A stretch of DNA of 64,000 nt from an uncultured Candidatus Saccharibacteria bacterium (lineage in GTDB: Bacteria; Patescibacteriota; Minisyncoccia; Phycocordibacterales; UBA918), in contig CAYOAM010000001.1 in NCBI GenBank assembly GCA_964402035.1, positions 96,679 through 160,678 of the forward strand, given 5' to 3'. A program made the position numbers and the translations under genes. This document shows, piece after piece, positions 17,862 to 27,454 of the stretch (positions are counted from its first letter, which is position 1; every line of letters starts with the position of its first letter). The notes beneath the pieces are model-generated. The model saw only the letters and a program-made list of their open reading frames with translations, was not told the DNA's origin and made no database searches.

Positions 17862-19457
17862 ATGGAACAACGCAGATTTAGTAGTGCAAAAGGAAGAAGT
17901 TTCGGAGGTGCTCGAGGCGGTTCACGCTTTTCACGTCCGACACAAGGTGGATCACGAAGTGCGGCTCCTCGCGGAGACGGACATCGAAGTGCATCACATA
18001 CGGGCGGGGCGCAAAGTCCTCGTTCATACGGCCGCAGTGATAGTGCGCACGGATCACGAACGGGTGGTCATTCGTCATATCGAGGTAGCAATACCGGTAG
18101 TTTTAGTGCACGTAGCAGCTACAGCCCACGTCCAAGTACGGGCCATACTACTCATGGATCCGCTACTGGCGGAAGTTATCGCGGTGGTGATTCCCAGGGG
18201 GGTTACCGATCATCAGGATCACGCCCTACTTCCGGATATCGAGGTAGAAGTAGTTTTGGCTCACGACCAAGCTATAGCGCCAGTCGTGGCGGTTCACGCT
18301 TTGGCGGAGGACGCAGCGGTGGTGGTCGCCGAGGTGGCGGATCACGTGATGAGCGCATTGATGCATCACGCTTTATCAACAAAGCGGTCATCACGGAAGA
18401 GATTGAACACTTTACGCCAGAGCACGCATTCACCGATTTTAAAATCGGTGAGGGTTTGAAGAAAGCAATTACTGCCAAAGGATTCAAGAATCCAACACCG
18501 ATTCAGGATCGAAGTATTCCGCATATTTTGCAGGGCGCTGACGTTGTTGGTATCGCAAATACCGGTACCGGAAAAACAGGAGCATTTTTGATTCCTCTCA
18601 TTCATAAGGTGCTCGAAAATCCACGTGAGGGGGTGCTGGTGGTCGTGCCTACACGCGAACTTGCAATGCAAATTGATGAGGAGCTCCAGGGATTTGTTCG
18701 TGGTTTGCAGGTACGAAGTGTGTGTTGCTTTGGTGGCGCAAACATCAGTCGACAGATTGAAGCGTTGCGCCAACACCGACACTTTGTGATTGGTACACCA
18801 GGACGTCTCAAGGATCTTATTGAGCGCCGAAAGCTCAATCTCTCGGGCTACAAGACTGTGGTACTTGATGAGGCTGATCGTATGCTCGACATGGGATTTG
18901 TGCACGATATGCGTACCATCATGGCGCAGCTATCGAAAGAACGTCAGACATTATTTTTCTCAGCAACTCTTTCGCCTGATATTGAGAAATTGATTGGTGA
19001 GTTCTTGAAAGAGCCAGTACGGATTTCAGTAAAGACGCGTGACACATCAAAAAATATTGACCAAGATGTAGTTCGTGTACCACGTGGTGGATCGAAATTC
19101 GATATCTTGGTAGATCTACTCAAAAAGACTGATTTCACTCGTGTGCTTGTCTTTGGTCGCACAAAGCATGGCGTTGATAAACTGACAAAGTTGCTCTTAA
19201 AAGCAGGAGTGTCAGCAGAATCTATTCATGGTAATAAAAACAATGCGAAGCGTCAGCAGGCTTTGAAACTCTTTAAGGCTGGACGTATTCGCGTAATGGT
19301 TGCTACCGATGTTGCGGCTCGAGGTCTTGATATTGCTGACGTAAGTCACGTGATCAACTTTGACGTACCAGCAACCTACGATGATTATGTGCACCGTATT
19401 GGCCGCACAGGTCGTGGTGAAAAGAAGGGAACTGCACTTACTTTTATTGAAGAATAA
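17862..19457 (+). CDS. DEAD-box ATP-dependent RNA helicase with a 170-aa N-terminal RG/RS/GY-rich disordered extension
   Basis: Q-motif region; Walker A ANTGTGKTGAF; VLDEADRMLDMGF (DEAD); SAT; HRIGRTGRG. Residues 1-170 are low complexity (GGSRFS, SYRGG, GGRSGGGRRGGGSRDE). Confidence 0.9.
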   Translation: MEQRRFSSAKGRSFGGARGGSRFSRPTQGGSRSAAPRGDGHRSASHTGGAQSPRSYGRSDSAHGSRTGGHSSYRGSNTGSFSARSSYSPRPSTGHTTHGSATGGSYRGGDSQGGYRSSGSRPTSGYRGRSSFGSRPSYSASRGGSRFGGGRSGGGRRGGGSRDERIDASRFINKAVITEEIEHFTPEHAFTDFKIGEGLKKAITAKGFKNPTPIQDRSIPHILQGADVVGIANTGTGKTGAFLIPLIHKVLENPREGVLVVVPTRELAMQIDEELQGFVRGLQVRSVCCFGGANISRQIEALRQHRHFVIGTPGRLKDLIERRKLNLSGYKTVVLDEADRMLDMGFVHDMRTIMAQLSKERQTLFFSATLSPDIEKLIGEFLKEPVRISVKTRDTSKNIDQDVVRVPRGGSKFDILVDLLKKTDFTRVLVFGRTKHGVDKLTKLLLKAGVSAESIHGNKNNAKRQQALKLFKAGRIRVMVATDVAARGLDIADVSHVINFDVPATYDDYVHRIGRTGRGEKKGTALTFIEE

Positions 19458-19475
19458 AGTCTAAAAATAGACAGC

Positions 19476-19507
19476 AAAAATGCGCCGATGGCGCATTTTT
19501 GCTGTTT
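19476..19507. terminator. Bidirectional rho-independent terminator
   Basis: AAAAATGCGCC-GAT-GGCGCATTTTT: perfect 6-bp GC stem with A/T flanks. Confidence 0.65.
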
Positions 19508-19611
19508 TACGATGCACACCGTACCTCCTTGCCAAAAGTAAAGTAGAGGAGCATGATAAACGGCGGTGTCTCAAAGAGAGACGTCGCCGTTTTGCAAATG
19601 GGGAGAATGCA

Positions 19612-19788
19612 ATGAAAAGGGAACCCTGTACTCGTTGTGATCCAAAAAAAGGAAGCAATGACGAGAGGTGTAACTACTGCAAGGGTGCAGGTAAGGTGGA
19701 TCCTGTCCCAGGGACTCGCAAAATTCGCCCAGTGTTCAAATGCACAGGACCCAAGATGGCGAATCGATCTCCAAGACTTGTTCCTTAA
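19612..19788 (+). CDS. Small zinc-ribbon protein, hypothetical
   Basis: MKREPCTRCDPKKG...CNYCKGAGK: two CxxC pairs. The larger ORF start at 19480 lies inside the terminator hairpin and is rejected. Confidence 0.3.
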   Translation: MKREPCTRCDPKKGSNDERCNYCKGAGKVDPVPGTRKIRPVFKCTGPKMANRSPRLVP

Positions 19789-20072
19789 GGGGTGAAAATG
19801 AATTGAAGTGCGTGTTTCTTTTGGGAACCCATAGAGCGCAGTGTTTTTAGCGAACGGAGTACTTGTGCCATTTGTACCAGAGTATCACTGGGTCCTAGAT
19901 TCCATTGAGGCAAGAGCGTTGCACACAGATTTTTCTGCTGCTGCAGATGTAATGGAGAAATTTAACGGTCAACACTGAGCTCGTCCGACGATAATACCCG
20001 CGGTCGCTCTTTCTGGAGTGATCGTGGGTATTTTTATGCAAAAAAATAGAAATACGATACAATCAGCTGATT

Positions 20073-21059
20073 ATGGAAACGACTGCAAAAAAACCGCGAC
20101 TCTTTACCGGCATTAAGCCTACTGGTGACATTCATGTTGGCAACTACTTTGGCGTTATGCGCCAGCTGTTGGATATGCAGGATTCTTACGAATCCATTAT
20201 TTCAGTCGTTGACCTTCATGCATTAAACCAAGTGTGGAATGCGGAAGCACTTAACAGCCAGTCGCTTGATATTGCAAAAGCATATCTTGCGGTAGGCCTT
20301 GATCCAAAGAAAGTCACGCTCTTCCGTCAGTCAGATGTGCCTGAGCATGCGGAGCTCTGTTGGATTTTTAACACCATTACTCCCATGGCGACTTTGGAGC
20401 TCGCGCATGCATATAAGGACGCAATGGCAAATGGCAAACCAGCAAATGTAGGACTTTTTGACTATCCAGTCCTTATGGCGGCTGATATTCTGCTTTATGA
20501 TACACAGATCGTACCAGTAGGCAGCGACCAAAGACAGCACGTGGAGATTGCGCGAGAGGTTGCGCGAGATTTTAATCGCATATTTGGAGCGACGTTTGTA
20601 GAACCTAAAGAATTGATAAAAGATGACGTTGCGGTTGTGCCGGGTACTGATGGCAGAAAAATGAGTAAGAGTTATAAAAATGTGATTGGACTTTTTGATA
20701 CGCCAGAAGCCACAAGAAAGATGGCAATGTCAGTCGTTACCGACTCAAAGGGAGTATCAGAGCCAAAAGATCCAACAACCTGCAATGTTTTTGCGCTCCA
20801 TAAGCTCTTTAGTGGTGTGATGCTGCCGGATTTAGAAAAGCGATACCGAGAAGGAACTATTTCATACAAAGAGTCAAAAGAAATACTTGCTGAGAATATC
20901 AATAGTTTTCTCGCACCAATGCGTGAACGCAAAATTGCACTCGACCAAGATTCTGCATTTGTTGCATCGGTCCTCAAGGAGGGTAAAGAAAAAGCATCAG
21001 CGCTCGCAATGGCAAAAATGCAGGATGTGCGTTTACGATGCGGATTTAATACTCGCTAA
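20073..21059 (+). CDS. trpS: Tryptophan--tRNA ligase
   Basis: Class I HIGH-type motif TGDIHVGNYFG, KMSKS motif, and a TrpS-like length of 328 aa. Confidence 0.93.
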   Translation: METTAKKPRLFTGIKPTGDIHVGNYFGVMRQLLDMQDSYESIISVVDLHALNQVWNAEALNSQSLDIAKAYLAVGLDPKKVTLFRQSDVPEHAELCWIFNTITPMATLELAHAYKDAMANGKPANVGLFDYPVLMAADILLYDTQIVPVGSDQRQHVEIAREVARDFNRIFGATFVEPKELIKDDVAVVPGTDGRKMSKSYKNVIGLFDTPEATRKMAMSVVTDSKGVSEPKDPTTCNVFALHKLFSGVMLPDLEKRYREGTISYKESKEILAENINSFLAPMRERKIALDQDSAFVASVLKEGKEKASALAMAKMQDVRLRCGFNTR

Positions 21060-21555
21060 TTCCGCAGGCGTTATCCCCACTGCTCCAGAGTGGATGCGTT
21101 TAGGTTGATACACTAACTACGTGAGTCATTTCTATATAGGGTGGCAAGAGGCTACGCGTAATTCCATAGTGGCTTGTGTGATGTCGTTTGTGCTCCTTGC
21201 TTCTTTTGGATTGCATATGGTGGGTATACCACATGTGCATCATCATGGGAGCGACACTCATGCTGATTCAAGGGTTATGATTGCCGAATATGCGCATACG
21301 GCCGACAAGAAACTTTTTATATTTGCTCCGCTACTGGTATTCTTTTTCTTTAAAATACGGTTTGTTGCAGCTCAAGAAATACGTGCGGTTCTCTATGCTC
21401 GCTTCTATTTTTATCGTCAACGATGGTTCAACTTTTGTACGCGCTTGTCGCGGCTGTATTTAATCGGCAATGCTCATGTTCTGATCTTTGGATGAGGACT
21501 ATGATTCAGGGTGCGCAATGGATGCTTAATATTATTCTCAATAACATAGGTACAT

Positions 21556-21975
21556 ATGAAAAACCTTTTGACATTTATCGCAGTACTTTCTCTCGTAATT
21601 GTCATGCCGACGTCTGTTGCTTTAGCAAATCATAGCGGCGAGGAGACCGAAGAGGCGAGCCATGCAACAACTCATGATGATGAAGCGACTCATGACGATG
21701 ATACTACCCCTATTACCATCAGTGCAGTTTCTGGCGCCACCGAGGTACAGATCAAACAGCTGCAGACGCTTATCACGCTCTTGCGTCAGCTTTTGGAGCT
21801 CATGAATCACCAATCTGAACACGCAACGATAGAACATACTCACGATGCCGATGATGCTCATGACGATCATGATGATGATTCAAACGATGATGATAGTAAT
21901 GATGACGCAAACGATGATCACGATGATGATAGCAATGATGACCATGATGAAAGCAATGACGACGATGATGCATAA
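21556..21975 (+). CDS. Secreted His/Asp/Asn-rich acidic repeat protein, possible metal-binding
   Basis: Signal peptide; IKQLQTLITLLRQLLEL helix; HDDHDDDSNDDDSNDDAND repeats. Paralog of the N-terminus of 43236..44138. Confidence 0.55.
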   Translation: MKNLLTFIAVLSLVIVMPTSVALANHSGEETEEASHATTHDDEATHDDDTTPITISAVSGATEVQIKQLQTLITLLRQLLELMNHQSEHATIEHTHDADDAHDDHDDDSNDDDSNDDANDDHDDDSNDDHDESNDDDDA

Positions 21976-21977
21976 TT

Positions 21978-22709
21978 TTGGATTACGGTCTTATGAAATA
22001 TAATTTTTGGGCTTATGGTGCTATTGCAGTACTTGCTCTAGTAGGTATCGGGTCACCCGTCACATGGGTTTCGGCCCACGAGGAACACGCCTATGAAATA
22101 AAGGGTGTTCCTTATGAGATTATTGTAGGGTCGCTTGGTGAACCAGTGATTGTGGACGATAAAACAGGTGTTGATCTTGAAATTGTCCGGAAAGGTACGC
22201 CGCTTGTTGGAGCGAATAATACATTACAGGTGGAGCTGATCGCGGGAGACACAAAGCGCACGCTTTCCCTGAATCCTGTATGGGGAAGTGAGGGAAGATA
22301 CAAGGCAAACTTTATTACGACGGTTGCGACCACCATCTCGTATCGGTTCTTTGGAACGCTTGAGGGGGTGCCGATTGATCTTACGTATACCTGTAATCCC
22401 GCGGGACATCCGCAGTCAGAAGAAAACAAAGAGCGCGTCACGATATCACCGGACGTCGTTCAGACATTAAAAAGTGGAGCATTCGGTTGCCCGCAGTCAA
22501 AAGCTGCTTTTGGTTTTCCTGAACCAGCGTCAGAAATACATCTGTTAGCACAAGATGTAAAAGCACAAAGTGCCGAGGTTCCGGTCAATACAGCACCAGC
22601 AGCAGACGAGAGTAGTTCACTTATTACCACGCTCTTAGGATTTCTATCAGTCTCCGTGTTGGTACTGCTATTTCTAGTCGTACGACTCTACCGCAAGCCC
22701 ACGCTCTAG
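21978..22709 (+). CDS. YcnI-like (DUF1775) membrane-anchored copper-binding protein
   Basis: Signal peptide ending VSA, so the mature protein starts with His (His-brace style). Beta-rich domain and a C-terminal TM anchor. Immediately upstream of a CopC-CopD gene, as in the B. subtilis ycnI-ycnJ pair. Confidence 0.5.
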   Translation: MDYGLMKYNFWAYGAIAVLALVGIGSPVTWVSAHEEHAYEIKGVPYEIIVGSLGEPVIVDDKTGVDLEIVRKGTPLVGANNTLQVELIAGDTKRTLSLNPVWGSEGRYKANFITTVATTISYRFFGTLEGVPIDLTYTCNPAGHPQSEENKERVTISPDVVQTLKSGAFGCPQSKAAFGFPEPASEIHLLAQDVKAQSAEVPVNTAPAADESSSLITTLLGFLSVSVLVLLFLVVRLYRKPTL

Positions 22710-22744
22710 AACCTGTTCTAGCCTACGTTCTAATACACTAATAT

Positions 22745-24844
22745 ATGCGCTTTCTGGCAGGAATAGGGTTGATGATTGTTCTAAGCATGCTACCCATGCA
22801 GGTTTTTGCGCATGCAACACCTATAACCTATACTCCTGCCGCGGGCGCATCAGAAACAAGCACACCGCAGATGATAGCGATCTATTTCAGTGAACGTATT
22901 GAACCTGATGCAAGCAGCATAAAGGTCTTAGGCCCCGACGGAAAAAGCGTAGCATTGGGTGCTGCGACATTGGCAGAGGATGATCCGCGACGTTTTGTGG
23001 TTGCGGTGTCGAACGCAGGAGACGGAATATACACGGCTCTGTGGCAAGTGGTGTCCGTTGACGATGGACATTTTACGAAAGGATCCTTTTCTTTTCTGGT
23101 GAGTAGTAGCGGAGAGCAATTTACCGGGAATGCTGAGTCGGTGCAGGTGATCTACGTCACACGCATCTCCGAGGCATTCCTTCATACATTAGGATTGATT
23201 GGTGAAAGTATTTTTATCGGCGTGTTGCTTGTCTATGCATGGGTTATACGCCCCTATTTTAAAGGTGTACTGTCGCCAGCATACACGAGTGCTGCGCGCG
23301 CCACAGAAAACATCTTGGGGTATGTGATGCTTGGGGGTGGTTTTGTGTTTGTACTCTCGACTCTTGTTGTCTACATAAAAAAGAGCATTGAGCTTGGAGG
23401 TCTGCGTGATGATAGTTTTTTGACCGCCAGTGCGCTTTTTTTCTCATCTGCTAGTGGAGGCGCGATGGTTATAAAAATGATACTCGGACTGCTGATTGCG
23501 GGTATGTGGTACTTCTTCCGTCGTCGTATCTTTGCTGCTCCGCGTCTGTCGATAGTTGAAGGGATCTTATTTTGTTTTGTTGTCGTACTCATATTCTTGC
23601 AGTCATATGTGAGTCATGCCGCCGCATCCTTCTTCTACCCCATACTTAGTGTTGCTATTACGATCTTTCATCTTTTTTTCAAGGAGCTTCTCGTCGGGGG
23701 GATTTTTGTGCAGTTCTTGTTTTTTGGCGTACTGTATCGCTATGGACTGTTACATACTGCGCGCCGCGCATCACTTGCGTATGATCAGTTGGTTGCGTTG
23801 GCAATTTTTTGTGGCGGCACCTCGGGTGCGTACATCACATGGCTACACCTAAAGCGATTTGAAAATCTTTTTAGAACTGAGTGGGGAGAGCGTTTTGTTT
23901 TGCTCTTGATTTGGGGAGGCATTTTCTCCTGCTTCTTGTTGTTGCGCCAGTTTTATCTAACGCCACGACTCACACGCACTGGCACAACCTTTTCTTTGCT
24001 GCGTTTTTGTATGGTGATTGAGATAGCCTGTGGCATCATGCTACTTTTTTATTCTGCGTATATCTCCATTACGACACCACCGTTTTTGGTTGAGCAATTT
24101 GCGTATCACTCAGAGACTCGTGCTCAAGATTTGGTCGTGCATCTTGAGCAGCATCCACTTGAACGCGATATGCTACGCGTGCGCTTTGTTTCACTAAAAG
24201 GCGATCCCGTCCCGGCAGACTCGCTCACCGTTGTCTTGGGGAGCGGGGCGTATGGTATCGAAGGTAATGTCGTATCTCCGCAGGCGCGAGGGATAGGGAG
24301 TTATGTAATACCAAAATCTGCATTCACTCCCTCGGGTTCTTGGAATGTTGCTCTCACTGCCCAGCATGCACATGGGTATGATACGCGCGCCGCATTTACA
24401 CTCACCATGCCCGATGATGTTGTGGCGACTCGGTATTCTGATGAAGTGCGCAGCATGGATCGTTTTGCAAAAATCCTCATGCTTGTCGCGCTCGCGCTTG
24501 CGCTCGGGTCATGCGGACTTCTTCTCTATGCAAGCATGTTGAAGAAACGGGTACCGCAAGTATCCCAAGACCCATGTGTCGCGCAGACACCATTTCCGCT
24601 CATGGGTGTGTCGGTTGTCGCAGTATTTATTTTGGTGGCACTTGTCTTTGGTATACACGGCAGGCTTCTCACTTCATCGCTTGAGTCTGCGTGTCTCGCA
24701 CAAGGTTTTGCGTGGAAGCAGGCGTTACCGGCGCGTGATATGGAAGTAGTTTCACCAAATGCCACATTGGGATGCTTTATGCATGATGGACACTATCATC
24801 TCGCAGATCCAGCAGAATTTGATTTTGTGGTGCAGACATTTTGA
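22745..24844 (+). CDS. CopC-CopD fusion copper transport protein with C-terminal YtkA-like domain (YcnJ-like)
   Basis: Signal peptide plus CopC fold (HATPITYTPAAG...WQVVSVDDGHFTKGSFSFLV), eight TM helices (CopD), and a C-terminal beta domain. Confidence 0.8.
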   Translation: MRFLAGIGLMIVLSMLPMQVFAHATPITYTPAAGASETSTPQMIAIYFSERIEPDASSIKVLGPDGKSVALGAATLAEDDPRRFVVAVSNAGDGIYTALWQVVSVDDGHFTKGSFSFLVSSSGEQFTGNAESVQVIYVTRISEAFLHTLGLIGESIFIGVLLVYAWVIRPYFKGVLSPAYTSAARATENILGYVMLGGGFVFVLSTLVVYIKKSIELGGLRDDSFLTASALFFSSASGGAMVIKMILGLLIAGMWYFFRRRIFAAPRLSIVEGILFCFVVVLIFLQSYVSHAAASFFYPILSVAITIFHLFFKELLVGGIFVQFLFFGVLYRYGLLHTARRASLAYDQLVALAIFCGGTSGAYITWLHLKRFENLFRTEWGERFVLLLIWGGIFSCFLLLRQFYLTPRLTRTGTTFSLLRFCMVIEIACGIMLLFYSAYISITTPPFLVEQFAYHSETRAQDLVVHLEQHPLERDMLRVRFVSLKGDPVPADSLTVVLGSGAYGIEGNVVSPQARGIGSYVIPKSAFTPSGSWNVALTAQHAHGYDTRAAFTLTMPDDVVATRYSDEVRSMDRFAKILMLVALALALGSCGLLLYASMLKKRVPQVSQDPCVAQTPFPLMGVSVVAVFILVALVFGIHGRLLTSSLESACLAQGFAWKQALPARDMEVVSPNATLGCFMHDGHYHLADPAEFDFVVQTF

Positions 24845-24874
24845 TTTCCCGGCATTTCGCGTACAATCATCTCT

Positions 24875-26437
24875 ATGACACAGGCAGAAGCACTTACTAT
24901 ACTCAAAACCGGTGCGAATGTATTTCTGACAGGTGAGCCGGGCTCAGGAAAAACACATACGGTCAATCAGTACATTTCGTATCTTCGCGCGCATGAAGTC
25001 GAGCCATCCATCACCGCGTCGACTGGTATTGCCGCAACCCATGTTGGCGGCATGACGATACATTCATGGAGTGGTATTGGTATCAATCGCTCGCTCTCGC
25101 CATATGACCTTGACGCGCTCTCGGGGAAGGAGGCCTTGGTAAAACGTGTGACAAGTGCTCGGGTGCTGATTATTGATGAGATCTCGATGCTCGACGCCGC
25201 GGTTCTTAATTTGGTTGAAATGGTAGTTCGGACCTTGCGGCAGCGGCCCGAACCATTTGGTGGCCTACAAGTCATTTTTGTCGGAGATTTTTTTCAATTG
25301 CCGCCGATTGCTGAACGAGGGGGAGAACCAGCGCGATTCGCGTTCGAATCTGAAGCGTGGAGAAAACTCAACCCAATCGTCTGTTATCTCTCTGAACAAC
25401 ATCGCCAAGAAGATACAACATATCTGGGGGCACTCACTGCTATTCGCCACGGCGAAATCGAGGATTCTATTCACGAACTTTTGAAAACGCGTTTTGATGT
25501 TGAGATTACTGATGAAGAGGTCACGCGCCTCTACACTCACAATGCCGACGTTGATCGGATGAATACTGATGCACTCGCACGCATCAAGGGCGATGCACGA
25601 ACCTTTGTGATGGAAGGAGTGGGCAACGCTCGACTGCTCGAAGGGTTGCGCAAGAATTGTATTTCACCGGAAACGCTGACGCTCAAGATTGGTGCGACGG
25701 TGATGTTTACCAAAAACAATTTTGAGGCAGGGTACGTCAATGGGACATTGGGAATGGTGGTGAATTTTGACTCAATGTCGGGACGGCCTGTTGTGAAGAC
25801 GCGTAGTGGGCGAGTTGTTGGGGCGGAACCTATGGACTGGTCGGTCGAGGATTCGGGGAAAATTCTGGCGAAAATCACCCAGATACCATTGCGTCTTGCA
25901 TGGGCGATCACTGTGCATAAGAGTCAAGGTATGAGTCTTGATGCAGCACACATGGATCTTTCGCGCGCATTTGAATATGGACAGGGGTATGTGGCGCTTT
26001 CGCGCGTGCGCTCCCTTTCCGGTCTGTATCTTGGGGGCATCAATACGCGTGCACTTGAGGTACATCCACAGGTGCTCGCTACGGATACATCGCTTCGAGA
26101 AAAGTCTGAAGCTGCTGCAGAAAGTTTTGAAGAAATGGACGCTGCTGAGCTTTTAAAACTGCAGCGTGATGCATTGTTGTGGATGGGAGGAACGCTTGAA
26201 GAAAAAAAGAAGGTGATAAAAAGTGTTGTCGGAGCAGATGGGAAACCTAAAAAAACGATGGCGGACATTCGTCAAAAGTTCCCGAACGCCGGTCGGCCGT
26301 GGTCAGGCGACGATAGTGACGAAATGGTGCGACGTTTTGAGAAGGGAGAAAAAAAAGCTGCGATTGCAAAACACTTTGGACGCAAACCGTCCGCAATTCA
26401 TGCGCGACTTGTGCATCTTGGGATTATTGAGGAGTAG
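24875..26437 (+). CDS. Pif1/RecD-family SF1B DNA helicase with C-terminal HTH-like extension
   Basis: Walker A GEPGSGKTH; LIIDEISM; VGDFFQLPPI; SEQHRQ; AITVHKSQGMSLD. Roughly 100-aa C-terminal tail ending in the HTH-like AIAKHFGRKPSAIHARLVHLG. Confidence 0.8.
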   Translation: MTQAEALTILKTGANVFLTGEPGSGKTHTVNQYISYLRAHEVEPSITASTGIAATHVGGMTIHSWSGIGINRSLSPYDLDALSGKEALVKRVTSARVLIIDEISMLDAAVLNLVEMVVRTLRQRPEPFGGLQVIFVGDFFQLPPIAERGGEPARFAFESEAWRKLNPIVCYLSEQHRQEDTTYLGALTAIRHGEIEDSIHELLKTRFDVEITDEEVTRLYTHNADVDRMNTDALARIKGDARTFVMEGVGNARLLEGLRKNCISPETLTLKIGATVMFTKNNFEAGYVNGTLGMVVNFDSMSGRPVVKTRSGRVVGAEPMDWSVEDSGKILAKITQIPLRLAWAITVHKSQGMSLDAAHMDLSRAFEYGQGYVALSRVRSLSGLYLGGINTRALEVHPQVLATDTSLREKSEAAAESFEEMDAAELLKLQRDALLWMGGTLEEKKKVIKSVVGADGKPKKTMADIRQKFPNAGRPWSGDDSDEMVRRFEKGEKKAAIAKHFGRKPSAIHARLVHLGIIEE

Positions 26438-26501
26438 ACTTTTCACTCACGCAACTCTGTAACAACGCAAAAAAATGACCCACTCCTTTCTTGGTGGATA
26501 G

Positions 26502-27161
26502 CTAGTTAGCAGTGTTTTCTTTTTTTGCAAAATAGAGAAACAGTGCTCCACTTATGAGCATGACAGAACCTGCTATGGCGGGGATACCGATAGAAACCAG
26601 TAGTGACTTGTCTCCAAAATCAAAGCTCGCTCCAATAAGAACAAGTATTGATGAGGCTATCGCTGATAACGGCAAAAGAATACTGATAAAGGTGAGATAG
26701 GGAAGTTTTGTGAGTCCTGCGCCATATGAGAGGAGTTCGGGGACGGGGAAGAAGGTCATGCACGCAAAGAAAAATCCTTTTGGTGTGTTGATTTGCGCCA
26801 TAATTTTTGCGAGCATGCCGCCTTCCTTTTCTGCGATCATACGGAGGACTATTTTTTGTCCCAAAAATCTGCTCAACATAAATGCCGTCGTGTACCCGAC
26901 AAAATCAGCCAATACCACATAGAGGACACCGGGCCAAAATCCAAATACAATGCCAGCGAGCGGATATAGTGGTCCTCCAGAAATCGGTGCAATAACGATC
27001 GTGGAGACTTTGAGGAGGATAAATATAAGTGGTGCCCAAAAGCCTGCCTGCTCCACCCACGTTTTGAGCGCATTGATATCGATGATGAGTGACAGCAATA
27101 CGATAGCGACAATGGCGATACCGATGCCGAGTGGGTGGATTTCGGGAAGTTTTGGAAACAT
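26502..27161 (-). CDS. DedA/TVP38 family membrane protein
   Basis: Polytopic membrane protein with the DedA-type GYTTAFMLSRFLGQ motif. Start chosen at MFPKLPE. Confidence 0.65.
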   Translation of the reverse strand: MFPKLPEIHPLGIGIAIVAIVLLSLIIDINALKTWVEQAGFWAPLIFILLKVSTIVIAPISGGPLYPLAGIVFGFWPGVLYVVLADFVGYTTAFMLSRFLGQKIVLRMIAEKEGGMLAKIMAQINTPKGFFFACMTFFPVPELLSYGAGLTKLPYLTFISILLPLSAIASSILVLIGASFDFGDKSLLVSIGIPAIAGSVMLISGALFLYFAKKENTAN

Positions 27162-27206
27162 AGTGGCATTGTAGCAGTTTTTTAGAAGTACGGTATGTGG
27201 GCGTAA

Positions 27207-27420
27207 GGCAGAGGTTCTTTGTCTGCGGGAGACAGTGTAAGGACTTCCACTCCCACATGTTCCGAGCACCTACTTTTCTCTTTAGAAAAGTAGGTGCTCG
27301 GCCATTCCGCTCGAAAAACAATTTGTTTTGTGGAAAATATTATACAAAACAAATTGTTTTCCTGTGCGAGGGTCGTGAAAATCCTTACACTTTCTCCCTC
27401 CTACGCGGACGTCGCCAAAA
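27207..27420 (+). repeat. Structured intergenic repeat element, copy A (candidate ncRNA or MITE-like element)
   Basis: Closing stem GGGAGACAGTGTAAGG (27227-27242) pairs with CCTTACACTTTCTCCC (27383-27398). Internal perfect hairpins at 27264-27300 (15 bp) and 27315-27360 (17 bp). Conserved single-stranded blocks CTCCCACATGTTCC, GCCATTCCGCTCG and TCCTGTGCGAGGGTCG are shared with copy B. Confidence 0.55.
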
Positions 27421-27454
27421 AACACATCTCCCGTTCTGGGTGTAGAATACCCAT

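Noticed and set aside
17878-18905. Multiple long antisense and alternate-frame ORFs (for example 17884..18459 +, 18366..18905 -) over the helicase 5' region
   Set aside because: Artefacts of the GC-rich RG/RS repeat DNA. They overlap a DEAD-box helicase whose motifs are intact in another frame.
19480-19788. 102-aa ORF starting at 19480
   Set aside because: Its start codon lies inside the stem of the helicase terminator (19476-19507). Only the 3' portion (19612-19788, zinc-ribbon-like) could be real, and it is kept at low confidence.
21121-21495. 124-aa ORF with His-rich stretch (HVHHHGSDTHADSR) upstream of the acidic protein gene
   Set aside because: Low-complexity, no RBS, unusual composition. 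It could be a real small metal-related membrane protein, but there is insufficient support to annotate it.
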